24,780 nucleotides of DNA, taken from positions 1 through 24,780 of the IMG/VR virus record IMGVR_UViG_3300023100_000008. One strand, 5' to 3'. Under the pieces are notes generated by a model that saw only the letters and a program-made list of their open reading frames with translations, was not told the origin of the DNA and did not search any database. This DNA is from a virus (lineage: Duplodnaviria; Caudoviricetes). Below are positions 7,575 through 15,503 of this stretch, piece by piece. The stretch's first letter is position 1, and each line of letters opens with the position of its first letter. Position numbers and translations under genes: made by a program.

Positions 7575-9091
7575 TACATAGTCGCTTAAATTTTCTGTAC
7601 GATTGTAATTGTGAAGACTGTAAAACAGAAAAACAGACTTCCTTAACATTGGCAGCAGGAAGCAAATTTAAGACCGTTTTAAAGACTGTTGAAAAAGCAT
7701 TTAAAAAGCTTCATGAAAACGGAAGCTATAAGCCTGACGATTTATTAAACACGACAGCTTATAAAAATCTAATTAAAGAAACTAGCTCCATTTTTGAATC
7801 TGCAATTGCAGACAATGACATTCCTGATCAAATGAGTAGAAGTCTTCAAAATGATACTTTTATTTTCTCAGGATTAAAAACAAATGCTCAGTTACTTGAA
7901 GCTTCAAAACTTTTAATGACTGACGACAATAAAATTAAATCTTTTAGTCAGTTTTCAAAAGATGTTCAGAGTATTAAAGAAAACTATAATCAAAACTATT
8001 TAGAAGCTGAATATCAATTTGCTGTTTCTTCGGCTCAATCTGCTGCTAATTGGGCTAATATATCCAATGATTACGATTTACAATACCGTACAGCTAACGA
8101 CAGCAAAGTTCGTGATAGTCATGCAATTTTACATGACACAACACTTCCTGTTGCTGATCCTTTTTGGATTTCATTTTATCCGCCTAATGGTTGGCGATGC
8201 AGATGTACGGCAATACAAGTTCGTAAAGGTAAATATGATTCAAGCGACAGTAAAAAATCAATAGCAAATGGAGAAAAGGCAACTAGTCAGATTGATAAAG
8301 ATGGTAAAAACAAGCTAGCAATTTTTAGATTTAATCCGGGCATGTCTCAAAAGATTTTCCCGCCTGAACACCCATACGCAAAAGTTAAAGGAGCAAAAGA
8401 AGTTGTTAAGAACTTACAGCAGTCAAAAAACATTAATCTTTCTGAATACATAAAAGGAGACTCACCCACTAATAAGGAAATGAAAGATATTCTTTTAAAG
8501 TATGCGAATATCTCACCGGAAGATTTTAGGAATGGTCTTGATGATGTGAAGTTTTTAAAATCAACTTCCTACATGATGCAACATTCGATGGCGTACAATC
8601 CAAGAACCGGTAACTGGGTAGGAGGTTCTAAAATAACATTAAGTAGTCACGAGTTTTCAAGTATAAAGTTCAATCCGTTAGAAGAATTTAGAGGAGGTTT
8701 GGCGGCTATAAAGAGCGGTAAGAAATTGACCTTTAACCAAGAATATTCTTTTGAAAGCTTATGGCATGAAATATTACACGCCAAAACTAAAACGCCACCA
8801 AAACAATTAACGACAGTTGGTACCAAAAACATGGAAACCATAAATCAATTTGTTGCGCGTCATACTTACCCGGAGTTTATGAAAAAACTTGGCGGAGAAG
8901 CAATTCACCAAAAAGAAATTTTAGATAACGGCTATGGTTATAAAGGCTGGATAACTGATTTTAGAGAAAATCTTAAAAAGAACAATATTGATGAAAAGAA
9001 AGCAGCAAAAGATTTAATGCCTTTTTTATTGGAAGATTATAGCTCTATTGGAAGTAAGGTAATAGAATATATAAAGGAAAATACTAAATAG
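7535..9091 (+). CDS. MuF (Mu gpF-like) minor head protein with C-terminal HExxH metallopeptidase/toxin-like extension; probably translated as a portal fusion
   Basis: MuF motifs YNQNYLEAEY, LQYRTANDSKVRDSH, FYPPNGWRCRC and FRFNPG; ~220-aa extension containing LWHEILHA. The frame is open from 7442 but has no ATG near the portal stop (alternative TTG at 7649), so the start is uncertain. Confidence 0.85.
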   Translation, partial: RLSPKVYKQYFGALHSRLNFLYDCNCEDCKTEKQTSLTLAAGSKFKTVLKTVEKAFKKLHENGSYKPDDLLNTTAYKNLIKETSSIFESAIADNDIPDQMSRSLQNDTFIFSGLKTNAQLLEASKLLMTDDNKIKSFSQFSKDVQSIKENYNQNYLEAEYQFAVSSAQSAANWANISNDYDLQYRTANDSKVRDSHAILHDTTLPVADPFWISFYPPNGWRCRCTAIQVRKGKYDSSDSKKSIANGEKATSQIDKDGKNKLAIFRFNPGMSQKIFPPEHPYAKVKGAKEVVKNLQQSKNINLSEYIKGDSPTNKEMKDILLKYANISPEDFRNGLDDVKFLKSTSYMMQHSMAYNPRTGNWVGGSKITLSSHEFSSIKFNPLEEFRGGLAAIKSGKKLTFNQEYSFESLWHEILHAKTKTPPKQLTTVGTKNMETINQFVARHTYPEFMKKLGGEAIHQKEILDNGYGYKGWITDFRENLKKNNIDEKKAAKDLMPFLLEDYSSIGSKVIEYIKENTK

Positions 9092-9362
9092 CTGTATTTA
9101 TGCAGTCAAAGCCTAAGCCTTCACTTTTTAATTTTTTAGGTAGTTTTTGCCAATATGTATTTGCTTTTTTCTGATCGTTTCTAAATTCAAACAGAACGGC
9201 CAAATCATAATACGCATTTTCTTGTGAAACAAGATCTTTATAAAGCTCTGGAGTGAGTTCTTTATCAGTTTCAATACCAAACTTTAAGGCCATAGAAAAG
9301 CTATCAAAACGAATGTCGTTCAGTTCTCCTGGGGTGGGATTAAAATTAAATATTGTTTCCAT
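9084..9362 (-). CDS. Small acidic helical protein, candidate immunity protein for the MuF C-terminal domain
   Basis: 92-aa ORF filling the gap between MuF and gpG on the opposite strand, with its own consensus promoter; TPR-like segment AYYDLAVLFEFRNDQKKANTYW. Confidence 0.7.
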   Translation of the reverse strand: METIFNFNPTPGELNDIRFDSFSMALKFGIETDKELTPELYKDLVSQENAYYDLAVLFEFRNDQKKANTYWQKLPKKLKSEGLGFDCINTAI

Positions 9363-9367
9363 GAAAG

Positions 9368-9397
9368 CAAAATTAACATAACTATTTTGATTGACAA
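9368..9397 (-). promoter_or_regulatory. Bacteroidota primary-sigma promoter (leaderless) for the 92-aa gene
   Basis: TTG (9395-9397), 19 nt, TAATTTTG (9368-9375); 5 nt before ATG 9362. Confidence 0.7.
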
Positions 9398-9415
9398 TAC
9401 AATAAACTATAAAAT

Positions 9416-9964
9416 ATGGATATTAAGGAACTGGAAAAGAAGATTACCAATGATTTAGCCGTGGAACTGGCAGAAGAGTTTGACCGTAATTTTGAACGTA
9501 AAGCATTTTTTAATGAAAAATGGCCAACAACTAAAATTAATAATAGTCGCGGTTCTTTATTAAACAGAACCGGTAATTTACGCCGCTCTATAAAGTATTC
9601 TATTCGTGAAGGAATGATTAAGTTTAGTAGTTCCTTGCCGTATGCATCGGTTCACAATCAAGGAGGTGAAATTACAGTAACGGCCAAAATGAAAGCTTAC
9701 TTCTGGGCGATGTATTACAAAGCAATGGGAGGTATTACGACCAAAAAAAGCGGTGCGGAAAGTAAGAGTAAAAAAAACTTAAATCTTAGTGCTGAGGCTG
9801 AAAAGTGGAAAGGGCTTGCCCTGATGAAAATAGGTCATAAAATTAAAGTCGAAAAACGTCAAATTATTGGTGGACATCCAGAAGTAACAAAAATTGTTAA
9901 AGGGGTTGTTGAAGAAAATGTAAAAAAATTTAGTGAGGAATTAATGAAGCAATTTAGACGATGA
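9416..9964 (+). CDS. Virion morphogenesis protein (Mu gpG / tail completion S family)
   Basis: LLNRTGNLRRSI, YASVHNQGG and KRQIIG motifs. Confidence 0.85.
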   Translation: MDIKELEKKITNDLAVELAEEFDRNFERKAFFNEKWPTTKINNSRGSLLNRTGNLRRSIKYSIREGMIKFSSSLPYASVHNQGGEITVTAKMKAYFWAMYYKAMGGITTKKSGAESKSKKNLNLSAEAEKWKGLALMKIGHKIKVEKRQIIGGHPEVTKIVKGVVEENVKKFSEELMKQFRR

Positions 9965-10413
9965 AAGAATTTTTGGAGAATACACAAGTAAAGATTAGTG
10001 AAGTAATAGGAATCTCGTATATTGATGAAGATTGGGGGCAATTGGATGATTATTCGCCTAACACTCCTGTAAAATGGCCTTGCTGCTTAATCGATGTTAC
10101 CAATATAGAGTTTAGCGATATCGGAAGAGATAAAAAAGCTACACCACAAAACAGGCAAGAAGGAAACGGTAATATGACATTAACTTTCGCAAATATGAAA
10201 TTAACCAATACAAGTTTTAAAGCTCCACAAGGGCAAAAAGACAATGCCCGGGCAATACTTGATTTGATAGAAGAGGTACATGGAAAGATACACGGATTCG
10301 CTCCTGTAATAGGTTCTGGGAAGTTAATGCGTAAGTCTTTTAAACGAGTAAAACGGGATGACGGAATACAACAATATCAAGTCGTTTATACTATAGGGAT
10401 GCACAATCTCTAA
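9961..10413 (+). CDS. Mu gp37-like tail terminator/completion protein
   Basis: YIDEDWGQLD...PVKWPCCLID motif; ATGA overlap with gpG. Confidence 0.65.
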   Translation: MKEFLENTQVKISEVIGISYIDEDWGQLDDYSPNTPVKWPCCLIDVTNIEFSDIGRDKKATPQNRQEGNGNMTLTFANMKLTNTSFKAPQGQKDNARAILDLIEEVHGKIHGFAPVIGSGKLMRKSFKRVKRDDGIQQYQVVYTIGMHNL

Positions 10414-10655
10414 AAAGACATTTTCAATTGTTGATCTTTTATTTGTTCAAGCTCGGCAATTTCTTTATTAACCGGTGTGCAAAGTATTGTATGAAATGTC
10501 GTTCTTGAGATAGGATAAACAGGAAGAATGTATTTTCTTAAAATAACTGTATCTGGAATATCTTCTGTTTTATGACTTTTATACAAGTCCATAATAAGCC
10601 TGTAGCGTTTAAGCGTATTATATCTAATTCCGAAAGATTGGTTAGTTCGAGTCAT
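10410..10655 (-). CDS. Small basic HTH-like protein, candidate late-gene transcriptional regulator
   Basis: Start moved to ATG 10655. C-terminal ILPVYPISRTTFHTIL resembles a recognition helix; last gene of the early strand, with its own promoter. Confidence 0.6.
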   Translation of the reverse strand: MTRTNQSFGIRYNTLKRYRLIMDLYKSHKTEDIPDTVILRKYILPVYPISRTTFHTILCTPVNKEIAELEQIKDQQLKMSF

Positions 10656-10661
10656 ATTGTA

Positions 10662-10692
10662 CAAAAATATGTATATTTTTAATATCGTACAA
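10662..10692 (-). promoter_or_regulatory. Bacteroidota-type promoter (near-leaderless)
   Basis: TTG (10690-10692), 20 nt, TATTTTTG (10662-10669); 6 nt before ATG 10655. Confidence 0.6.
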
Positions 10693-10708
10693 CTCAACTT
10701 TTAAGCAT

Positions 10709-10739
10709 AAAAAAAGCCTCCATATTGGAGGCTTTTTTT
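10709..10739 (-). terminator. Intrinsic (bidirectional-type) terminator ending the early operon
   Basis: A7-GCCTCCA-TAT-TGGAGGC-T7 perfect hairpin right after the stop at 10738. Confidence 0.9.
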
Positions 10740-11448
10740 ATGAGTAATTGTGTATGTACCAATTGTTTTCTGAGATATTATTTTTATAAAATCTATAATC
10801 AAGATTTGGCGTTTTCTCCTTCAATTGTTGGCTTCTAAAATCTTCTATTGTTTTTTCTAAATCGACATTTGGTTTAAAAATCTTTTTCCAAACAGGGAAC
10901 AAATCCAAGTATCTTCCAGAAACTTCATCAAACCTTAAGGCTCTAATACCTTTTTTTTCAAGTTCTTTATTTTCACCGGCACTATAAATATAGAACTTCA
11001 CTTTGATGCATTCATCACAAATTACGAAAGGTTTAGCTTTTTTTTCTTTGTTCAAAGCATCAACAGGAATATAAACAACTTCATGATAGTTTTCAGGGTT
11101 GTTAGTAGTTTCGTCAATTCTTAAAAATTCAAATTTTGTTTTACTGTCTGAAACAACCTGATCTGCAAAAAATCTAGCCGTTTGATTATTTAATGAATCT
11201 AACGATTTTATATACTTTAAATCCTGCGCCTGGCTAAACATTGAAAACATTAAAAGTAAAACAATTGAAAAGCGTTTTTTAACTTGTCGCTTTTGTTCGA
11301 TACGTTTACGATATGGCTCAAAAAAAACTTGTTCAGTTTGCGCTAGTTCATTAAACGCTTTGACAGTAGTTCCCATTGCCATTGCTAATTTTTTCAAGGC
11401 AAGAGATAGCTCTTCCGCCGTATGGCCTGTTAATATAATTTTCTGCAT
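10738..11448 (-). CDS. Hypothetical protein with internal signal-peptide-like segment
   Basis: 236-aa ORF; residues 57-75 read KKRFSIVLLLMFSMFSQA|Q. Confidence 0.7.
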   Translation of the reverse strand: MQKIILTGHTAEELSLALKKLAMAMGTTVKAFNELAQTEQVFFEPYRKRIEQKRQVKKRFSIVLLLMFSMFSQAQDLKYIKSLDSLNNQTARFFADQVVSDSKTKFEFLRIDETTNNPENYHEVVYIPVDALNKEKKAKPFVICDECIKVKFYIYSAGENKELEKKGIRALRFDEVSGRYLDLFPVWKKIFKPNVDLEKTIEDFRSQQLKEKTPNLDYRFYKNNISENNWYIHNYS

Positions 11449-11452
11449 TTTC

Positions 11453-11686
11453 TTAACCTTTTAAATTAATTTCTATAGAATCGTGTTGATTACTTATACC
11501 TTTTCTTTGTATTGATTCAACTTGAATTGGTCTGCTTTTTAAGTGTAAAAAATCGATTAATTTTTCATTATCTAAACATGGCGCTTCCAGATGTGTTTGA
11601 AAAAAAGACGTTATACTGTCCGCTATCTCGTGACTTAAACCATCTGCGTCAATGCTTAAGTTGATCGTTATATTAGTTGTATTCAT
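11453..11686 (-). CDS. Hypothetical phage protein
   Basis: 77-aa ORF tightly packed in the operon. Confidence 0.65.
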   Translation of the reverse strand: MNTTNITINLSIDADGLSHEIADSITSFFQTHLEAPCLDNEKLIDFLHLKSRPIQVESIQRKGISNQHDSIEINLKG

Positions 11687-11687
11687 A

Positions 11688-12008
11688 TTACATTATTTTT
11701 AAATCTGGCAATTGTTCCAAGGATAATAAAAAATCTATGATTTCTAATTCTTTACTCAAATTTATTGATATGGCATCATGAGTTATAAAAAGGGAATTAT
11801 AGCTTCTTAATTTTGACAGTATCTCGCTATTGTCAAAAATTTTATTATTATGAAAATCAACAAGAAACATCCTTATTATAACATATATTTGAGAATATCT
11901 TGTAAATTTATTATCGTAACCTTCCCCCTCTACAAAGCCTAATGGAAGAAAATATAAATGTTTGTCTAATAAATTTTTGAACTGGTCAAAATTGTCTGTT
12001 GTACTCAT
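11688..12008 (-). CDS. Hypothetical protein (very AT-rich)
   Basis: 106-aa ORF, 1 nt from the next gene. Confidence 0.65.
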   Translation of the reverse strand: MSTTDNFDQFKNLLDKHLYFLPLGFVEGEGYDNKFTRYSQIYVIIRMFLVDFHNNKIFDNSEILSKLRSYNSLFITHDAISINLSKELEIIDFLLSLEQLPDLKIM

Positions 12009-12038
12009 GTTAAGTTTTTAGCTATTAATTATTCAAAT

Positions 12039-12194
12039 TTATGTAAAAAAGATCAGATATAATAAACCTACAGCTACAACTGCGATAATATACAACCTTC
12101 TAATTTTTAATTTATACTTACGATCTATCTCAGCATGTACTTTTGCCAACTTTTTAAGATGATAGTCCCTTATTTCTTGATCTCTATCTGACAT
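12039..12194 (-). CDS. Small membrane-anchored protein
   Basis: Start moved to ATG 12194 (MSDRDQEIRDY...) to avoid a long overlap; C-terminal TM LYIIAVVAVGLLYLIFF. Confidence 0.6.
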   Translation of the reverse strand: MSDRDQEIRDYHLKKLAKVHAEIDRKYKLKIRRLYIIAVVAVGLLYLIFFT

Positions 12195-12243
12195 GTTTTC
12201 AAAGGTATTAAGTTGGTTATTAATTATTTTACGGATATCCGTA

Positions 12244-12747
12244 TTAATATTTAAAATCTGTCCAATGAATGATTTTTCCTGAAAAACATTTATCTTCTGA
12301 AGCTTGAATAATTGGATAGAAATAGTTAAAAAAATCTTCCCAACAATCAAATCCGTCATTAATCGCCAACGCTTCCCTTTCAGGATAACCAAACAGTTCA
12401 CGACCGTTTACTGATATTTCAATTAAATCACTATGGTTGTAAGTCATAAAAACGGATTGAGTTCTAACTACTGGCACAACCGGAGCAAAGCGAAACATGT
12501 TTTTTTTACGAACATTGATAAAGAAATCAATTTTATTTCCTTTTCCCCAACGGTCTTTTGGGTCTTCCCGAATAGTGTGTAGTTTTGGTTTGCATTTTGA
12601 TTTTATATAAAAATTCATATTTGGAGGAACATGTTCTGGTGAGAAAGCAACCGAGTTGTTAAAAAATGGTAATCGTAATGCAGTTTGAATTTTCTCAACG
12701 AAATGTGTTGGTTTTCCGTTTAATTGTGTGCTAAATCCTAATATCAT
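12244..12747 (-). CDS. ASCH/PUA-like domain protein
   Basis: KLHTIRE..RW..G and LAINDGFDCWEDFFNYF...IIHW patterns resemble phage ASCH-like proteins. Confidence 0.55.
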   Translation of the reverse strand: MILGFSTQLNGKPTHFVEKIQTALRLPFFNNSVAFSPEHVPPNMNFYIKSKCKPKLHTIREDPKDRWGKGNKIDFFINVRKKNMFRFAPVVPVVRTQSVFMTYNHSDLIEISVNGRELFGYPEREALAINDGFDCWEDFFNYFYPIIQASEDKCFSGKIIHWTDFKY

Positions 12748-12995
12748 GGTTGTCCTTTTATAGCGTTAATAATGTTCCAGTTCGTTGTAATTAAGATGGT
12801 ACATTCTTGTGTTTCCATTTTTTTTACACATACTTTTTCAAAAATTGAATCAAACTCATATTTTGTTAGTGCTGCGCTATGATTCCATAGTTTACTTTTA
12901 AAATGGATAAAGTGAGTTTCAGTTCCGTCTAGCTTACTGACATGCTTTTGTAATGCATAAGCGACAAATTGATCTTCTATTTTTTGTAGTGCCAT
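12744..12995 (-). CDS. Hypothetical phage protein
   Basis: 83-aa ORF with ATGA overlap. Confidence 0.65.
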   Translation of the reverse strand: MALQKIEDQFVAYALQKHVSKLDGTETHFIHFKSKLWNHSAALTKYEFDSIFEKVCVKKMETQECTILITTNWNIINAIKGQP

Positions 12996-13000
12996 GATTT

Positions 13001-13438
13001 TTATTTTTTACGGAGTAACCATTGTTTATATTCTTCCTGAAATACTTGTCTGCCTAATTGTGCCATACCTTCACACACGTTGGAATATCCTTTGCTTTTA
13101 GTGAATTTGAGTTTCATTGTATAGCTGTCTTTTGGAGCTGCAGTTTTTGGTAGGGCTATTTTTGCATTGACCTGGCTTTGCTTTAATAAAGATTGACTGA
13201 TCAGGTATTGATACTTTTTACGGTGTGGTTTTGGGGTTTTTACAAACGGTGGTGCGAGTGTCCTAGATTCGAGTAGCTCATTTATGGTATGTTGAAAAAC
13301 GTTGTTTAAAGAGCCTTTAAACATTATTTTAGTCTTGTAGATTTGAAGCGTCCAATTGCCTTCGCTATTGGCGGCCAAATGAAAATGGCCGCCGGAAGTT
13401 TCTTTTATAATATTGAGTAGTTCCGTTTCCTTGTCCAT
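13001..13438 (-). CDS. Hypothetical phage protein
   Basis: 145-aa ORF in the operon. Confidence 0.7.
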   Translation of the reverse strand: MDKETELLNIIKETSGGHFHLAANSEGNWTLQIYKTKIMFKGSLNNVFQHTINELLESRTLAPPFVKTPKPHRKKYQYLISQSLLKQSQVNAKIALPKTAAPKDSYTMKLKFTKSKGYSNVCEGMAQLGRQVFQEEYKQWLLRKK

Positions 13439-13443
13439 AAGAT

Positions 13444-13872
13444 TTAGTATTCGTCGTTATATCTCTTTTGATTAAGCCAGGTAACTAAATGTGCTTTTGC
13501 CTGAGATGTTTTAACTAAAAACTCATCATATTTTTTAAGCGCATTGAAACACTTAATTTTCTCAACTAAGTTGAGTTTTTCATATGCTTTTTCGGAAGCT
13601 TCCTTTTTTACTTTTAAATTGTAAACTTTCCAAAAGGCTTCAAAGGAATAGTCGTTTAACACCATTTCAATTGTAACCAGGTGTTTGTATTTTGTCCAGA
13701 TTTCCATTTCATTTTTAGTACCCGGAAACTGAACATTTTGTAATAGCTTTAGTACTCTTTTGCCTTTAAGGTTGAAAAAACTATAAATGACACCATCATC
13801 ATTTCTATATTGAAAAAGCCATTCGTCAGTGGTTTCTTTAAAGGTTACTTTGTATGTGGTTAGCTCGCTCAT
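13444..13872 (-). CDS. Hypothetical protein with replication-initiator-like C-terminal domain
   Basis: FEAFWKVY..KVKKEASEKAYEKL...TWLNQKRYNDE resembles the C-terminal domain common in phage replication proteins. Confidence 0.65.
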   Translation of the reverse strand: MSELTTYKVTFKETTDEWLFQYRNDDGVIYSFFNLKGKRVLKLLQNVQFPGTKNEMEIWTKYKHLVTIEMVLNDYSFEAFWKVYNLKVKKEASEKAYEKLNLVEKIKCFNALKKYDEFLVKTSQAKAHLVTWLNQKRYNDEY

Positions 13873-14009
13873 TTTAAAAGGAATTTTATTGGTTTAATAT
13901 GGATAAATGTTTCTGAAATCCGCTTCGCTTCCTTACGAAGTCTTTTCTCAGTATCAAAGATGTTCTCAGCTTTTAACGTTGGTTTTTTAAGTGTTTTCGT
14001 TTGTCTCAT
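13869..14009 (-). CDS. Small basic protein (46 aa)
   Basis: Not in ORF track. MRQTKTLKKPTLKAENIFDTEKRLRKEAKRISETFIHIKPIKFLLK; coupled at both ends (TAATG and ATGA overlaps). Confidence 0.7.
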   Translation of the reverse strand: MRQTKTLKKPTLKAENIFDTEKRLRKEAKRISETFIHIKPIKFLLK

Positions 14010-14350
14010 TACGCTAATTTTTGGTTTAGAGTTGATTGAATAAATCTTACTGCATTACGATCATAATCGTTTAAAGGATAATTGATCATTACTAGCGTGT
14101 ATTGTTCTAAAAAGTGCGCTTCTACAAGTTCAAAAGAAAAAGAGTATGATTTTGGTTTAGTAAAGAGATCTGTTTGATCATGCTGAACTTCCAAATGTTT
14201 TTTCTGAAGCTTTAATGAAACTTTTTTTATTACGCTTCTTGCTACCTTTTCGGTACGCTCTTTTGTTGGTGTATTTGGCAATTCTCTCAAGATATAAACC
14301 AAACTTCCCAATTGTTTTACAGTTAACTTGAGTTTTATGTCTTTGATCAT
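14009..14350 (-). CDS. Hypothetical phage protein
   Basis: 113-aa ORF in the operon. Confidence 0.7.
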   Translation of the reverse strand: MIKDIKLKLTVKQLGSLVYILRELPNTPTKERTEKVARSVIKKVSLKLQKKHLEVQHDQTDLFTKPKSYSFSFELVEAHFLEQYTLVMINYPLNDYDRNAVRFIQSTLNQKLA

Positions 14351-14370
14351 AATCGTTGTATTTAGTTATG

Positions 14371-14514
14371 TTAACATTCTGTTTTAGATTCTGATATTTC
14401 AGCACCACACTGGATACAAACGAGTATTGTAGTTTCGCAGGTGCAGACGGTGTTGAGTACTCTGATTTTTGTCTCTTCATGTGGACAATCTTCTGGGATG
14501 CTGTAATTTTCCAT
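14371..14514 (-). CDS. Small Cys-rich (zinc-ribbon-like) protein (47 aa)
   Basis: Not in ORF track. MENYSIPEDCPHEETKIRVLNTVCTCETTILVCIQCGAEISESKTEC; ATG directly abuts the upstream TAA. Confidence 0.7.
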   Translation of the reverse strand: MENYSIPEDCPHEETKIRVLNTVCTCETTILVCIQCGAEISESKTEC

Positions 14515-14748
14515 TTAGTGTTTTAGACCACAATTTGAACAGTATAGCCGACCGTTTTTTTCCTTTACTGGCATTTCAATTTCACATTCGAAGCAATACA
14601 ACTCTTGCATTCCTTTGATTAATTTTGATTTCTTCTTTTTTGGTTTTTTCTTTAGTACCAAATACCAAACTGAAAAAGCGAACATAAATCCAGTCCAAAA
14701 GCAGTAAAACATTAACCAACGAATATCATTTTTAATTAATTCGTACAT
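14515..14748 (-). CDS. Membrane-anchored zinc-ribbon protein
   Basis: Start moved to ATG 14748. TM helix, poly-Lys stretch, CFEC...CSNC. Confidence 0.65.
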   Translation of the reverse strand: MYELIKNDIRWLMFYCFWTGFMFAFSVWYLVLKKKPKKKKSKLIKGMQELYCFECEIEMPVKEKNGRLYCSNCGLKH

Positions 14749-14749
14749 A

Positions 14750-15106
14750 CTATTTATAAGTTTTAATTGCCATTGATTCAAAACAACTGATCATTTTTGA
14801 AAGTTCCTTTTCGTCCATTTTCTTTAAAGGCTTATTAACTGGTGATTTATCACTCTTTAAAAACTCACTAAGTCTATTTAAGTCTGCAACTTCGCCCCAT
14901 TTTCCATTAGGCACAACCCATTGAACTGTGCGCAAATGTGATAGTATTGTTTTGTGCTGCTGATTATTATTGTCGAACAAACCCCAATTGCTTTTGCTGT
15001 GACTTCTTCCGCCTTGCACAATGATTTCAAGTTGTTTTTTTGGGTTTTGATAGTTGTCTACAGCGGAACCGGTTCCGCTGTAGACTTGTGGTTTATTTGG
15101 TGTCAT
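14750..15106 (-). CDS. Hypothetical protein, possibly GemA-like C-terminal fragment
   Basis: 118 aa; ...KPLKKMDEKELSKMISCFESM loosely resembles the Mu GemA-family C-terminus (weak). Confidence 0.55.
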   Translation of the reverse strand: MTPNKPQVYSGTGSAVDNYQNPKKQLEIIVQGGRSHSKSNWGLFDNNNQQHKTILSHLRTVQWVVPNGKWGEVADLNRLSEFLKSDKSPVNKPLKKMDEKELSKMISCFESMAIKTYK

Positions 15107-15297
15107 AGTTCCTCTACTTTTTTAGTCGCATCACACCCCTTATCAAATCCTGCTTTATAAGCATCATCATTTATCTTTTGTAAATAATTCTGACCTTCTA
15201 ATAATTTTTCAATAGTTGACGATACTGAGCTATTCTCAGGCACTTTAATGGTTTTCATTAATTCGTCAAATGCTTTTATTTTGTTGAAATTTTTCAT
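15103..15297 (-). CDS. Hypothetical phage protein
   Basis: 64 aa, ATGA overlap; ends with an AYKAGFDKG pattern common in small phage ORFs. Confidence 0.6.
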   Translation of the reverse strand: MKNFNKIKAFDELMKTIKVPENSSVSSTIEKLLEGQNYLQKINDDAYKAGFDKGCDATKKVEEL

Positions 15298-15302
15298 ATC
15301 CT

Positions 15303-15503
15303 TTATGATTTGTATATTGATTTGAAGTGTTTTTTTATTCTAGGATTTTTTATAACTACCTCTTCATATTTTTTAAATGCTAGAAGTTCTTTGTTTGATA
15401 AATCCTGTTTGCATGACCAGTTATTTAGATGGTCTCTATAGACCAAATGACCATTAACTTCGTATTGTTCGTGATCTGTTATTGGGATTATTTTTACGCT
15501 CAT
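15303..15503 (-). CDS. Hypothetical phage protein
   Basis: MSVKIIPITDHEQYEVNGHLVYRD...; start at 15503 or 15551. Confidence 0.6.
   Translation of the reverse strand: MSVKIIPITDHEQYEVNGHLVYRDHLNNWSCKQDLSNKELLAFKKYEEVVIKNPRIKKHFKSIYKS

Noticed and set aside
11453-12008. AT-rich ORF pair as a defence or toxin-antitoxin module
   Set aside because: No recognisable motifs and no separate promoter seen; cannot be supported beyond hypothetical.
14178-14480. 100-aa ORF in the track
   Set aside because: Overlaps 14009..14350 heavily; the coupled 47-aa Cys-rich ORF 14371..14514 explains the interval better.
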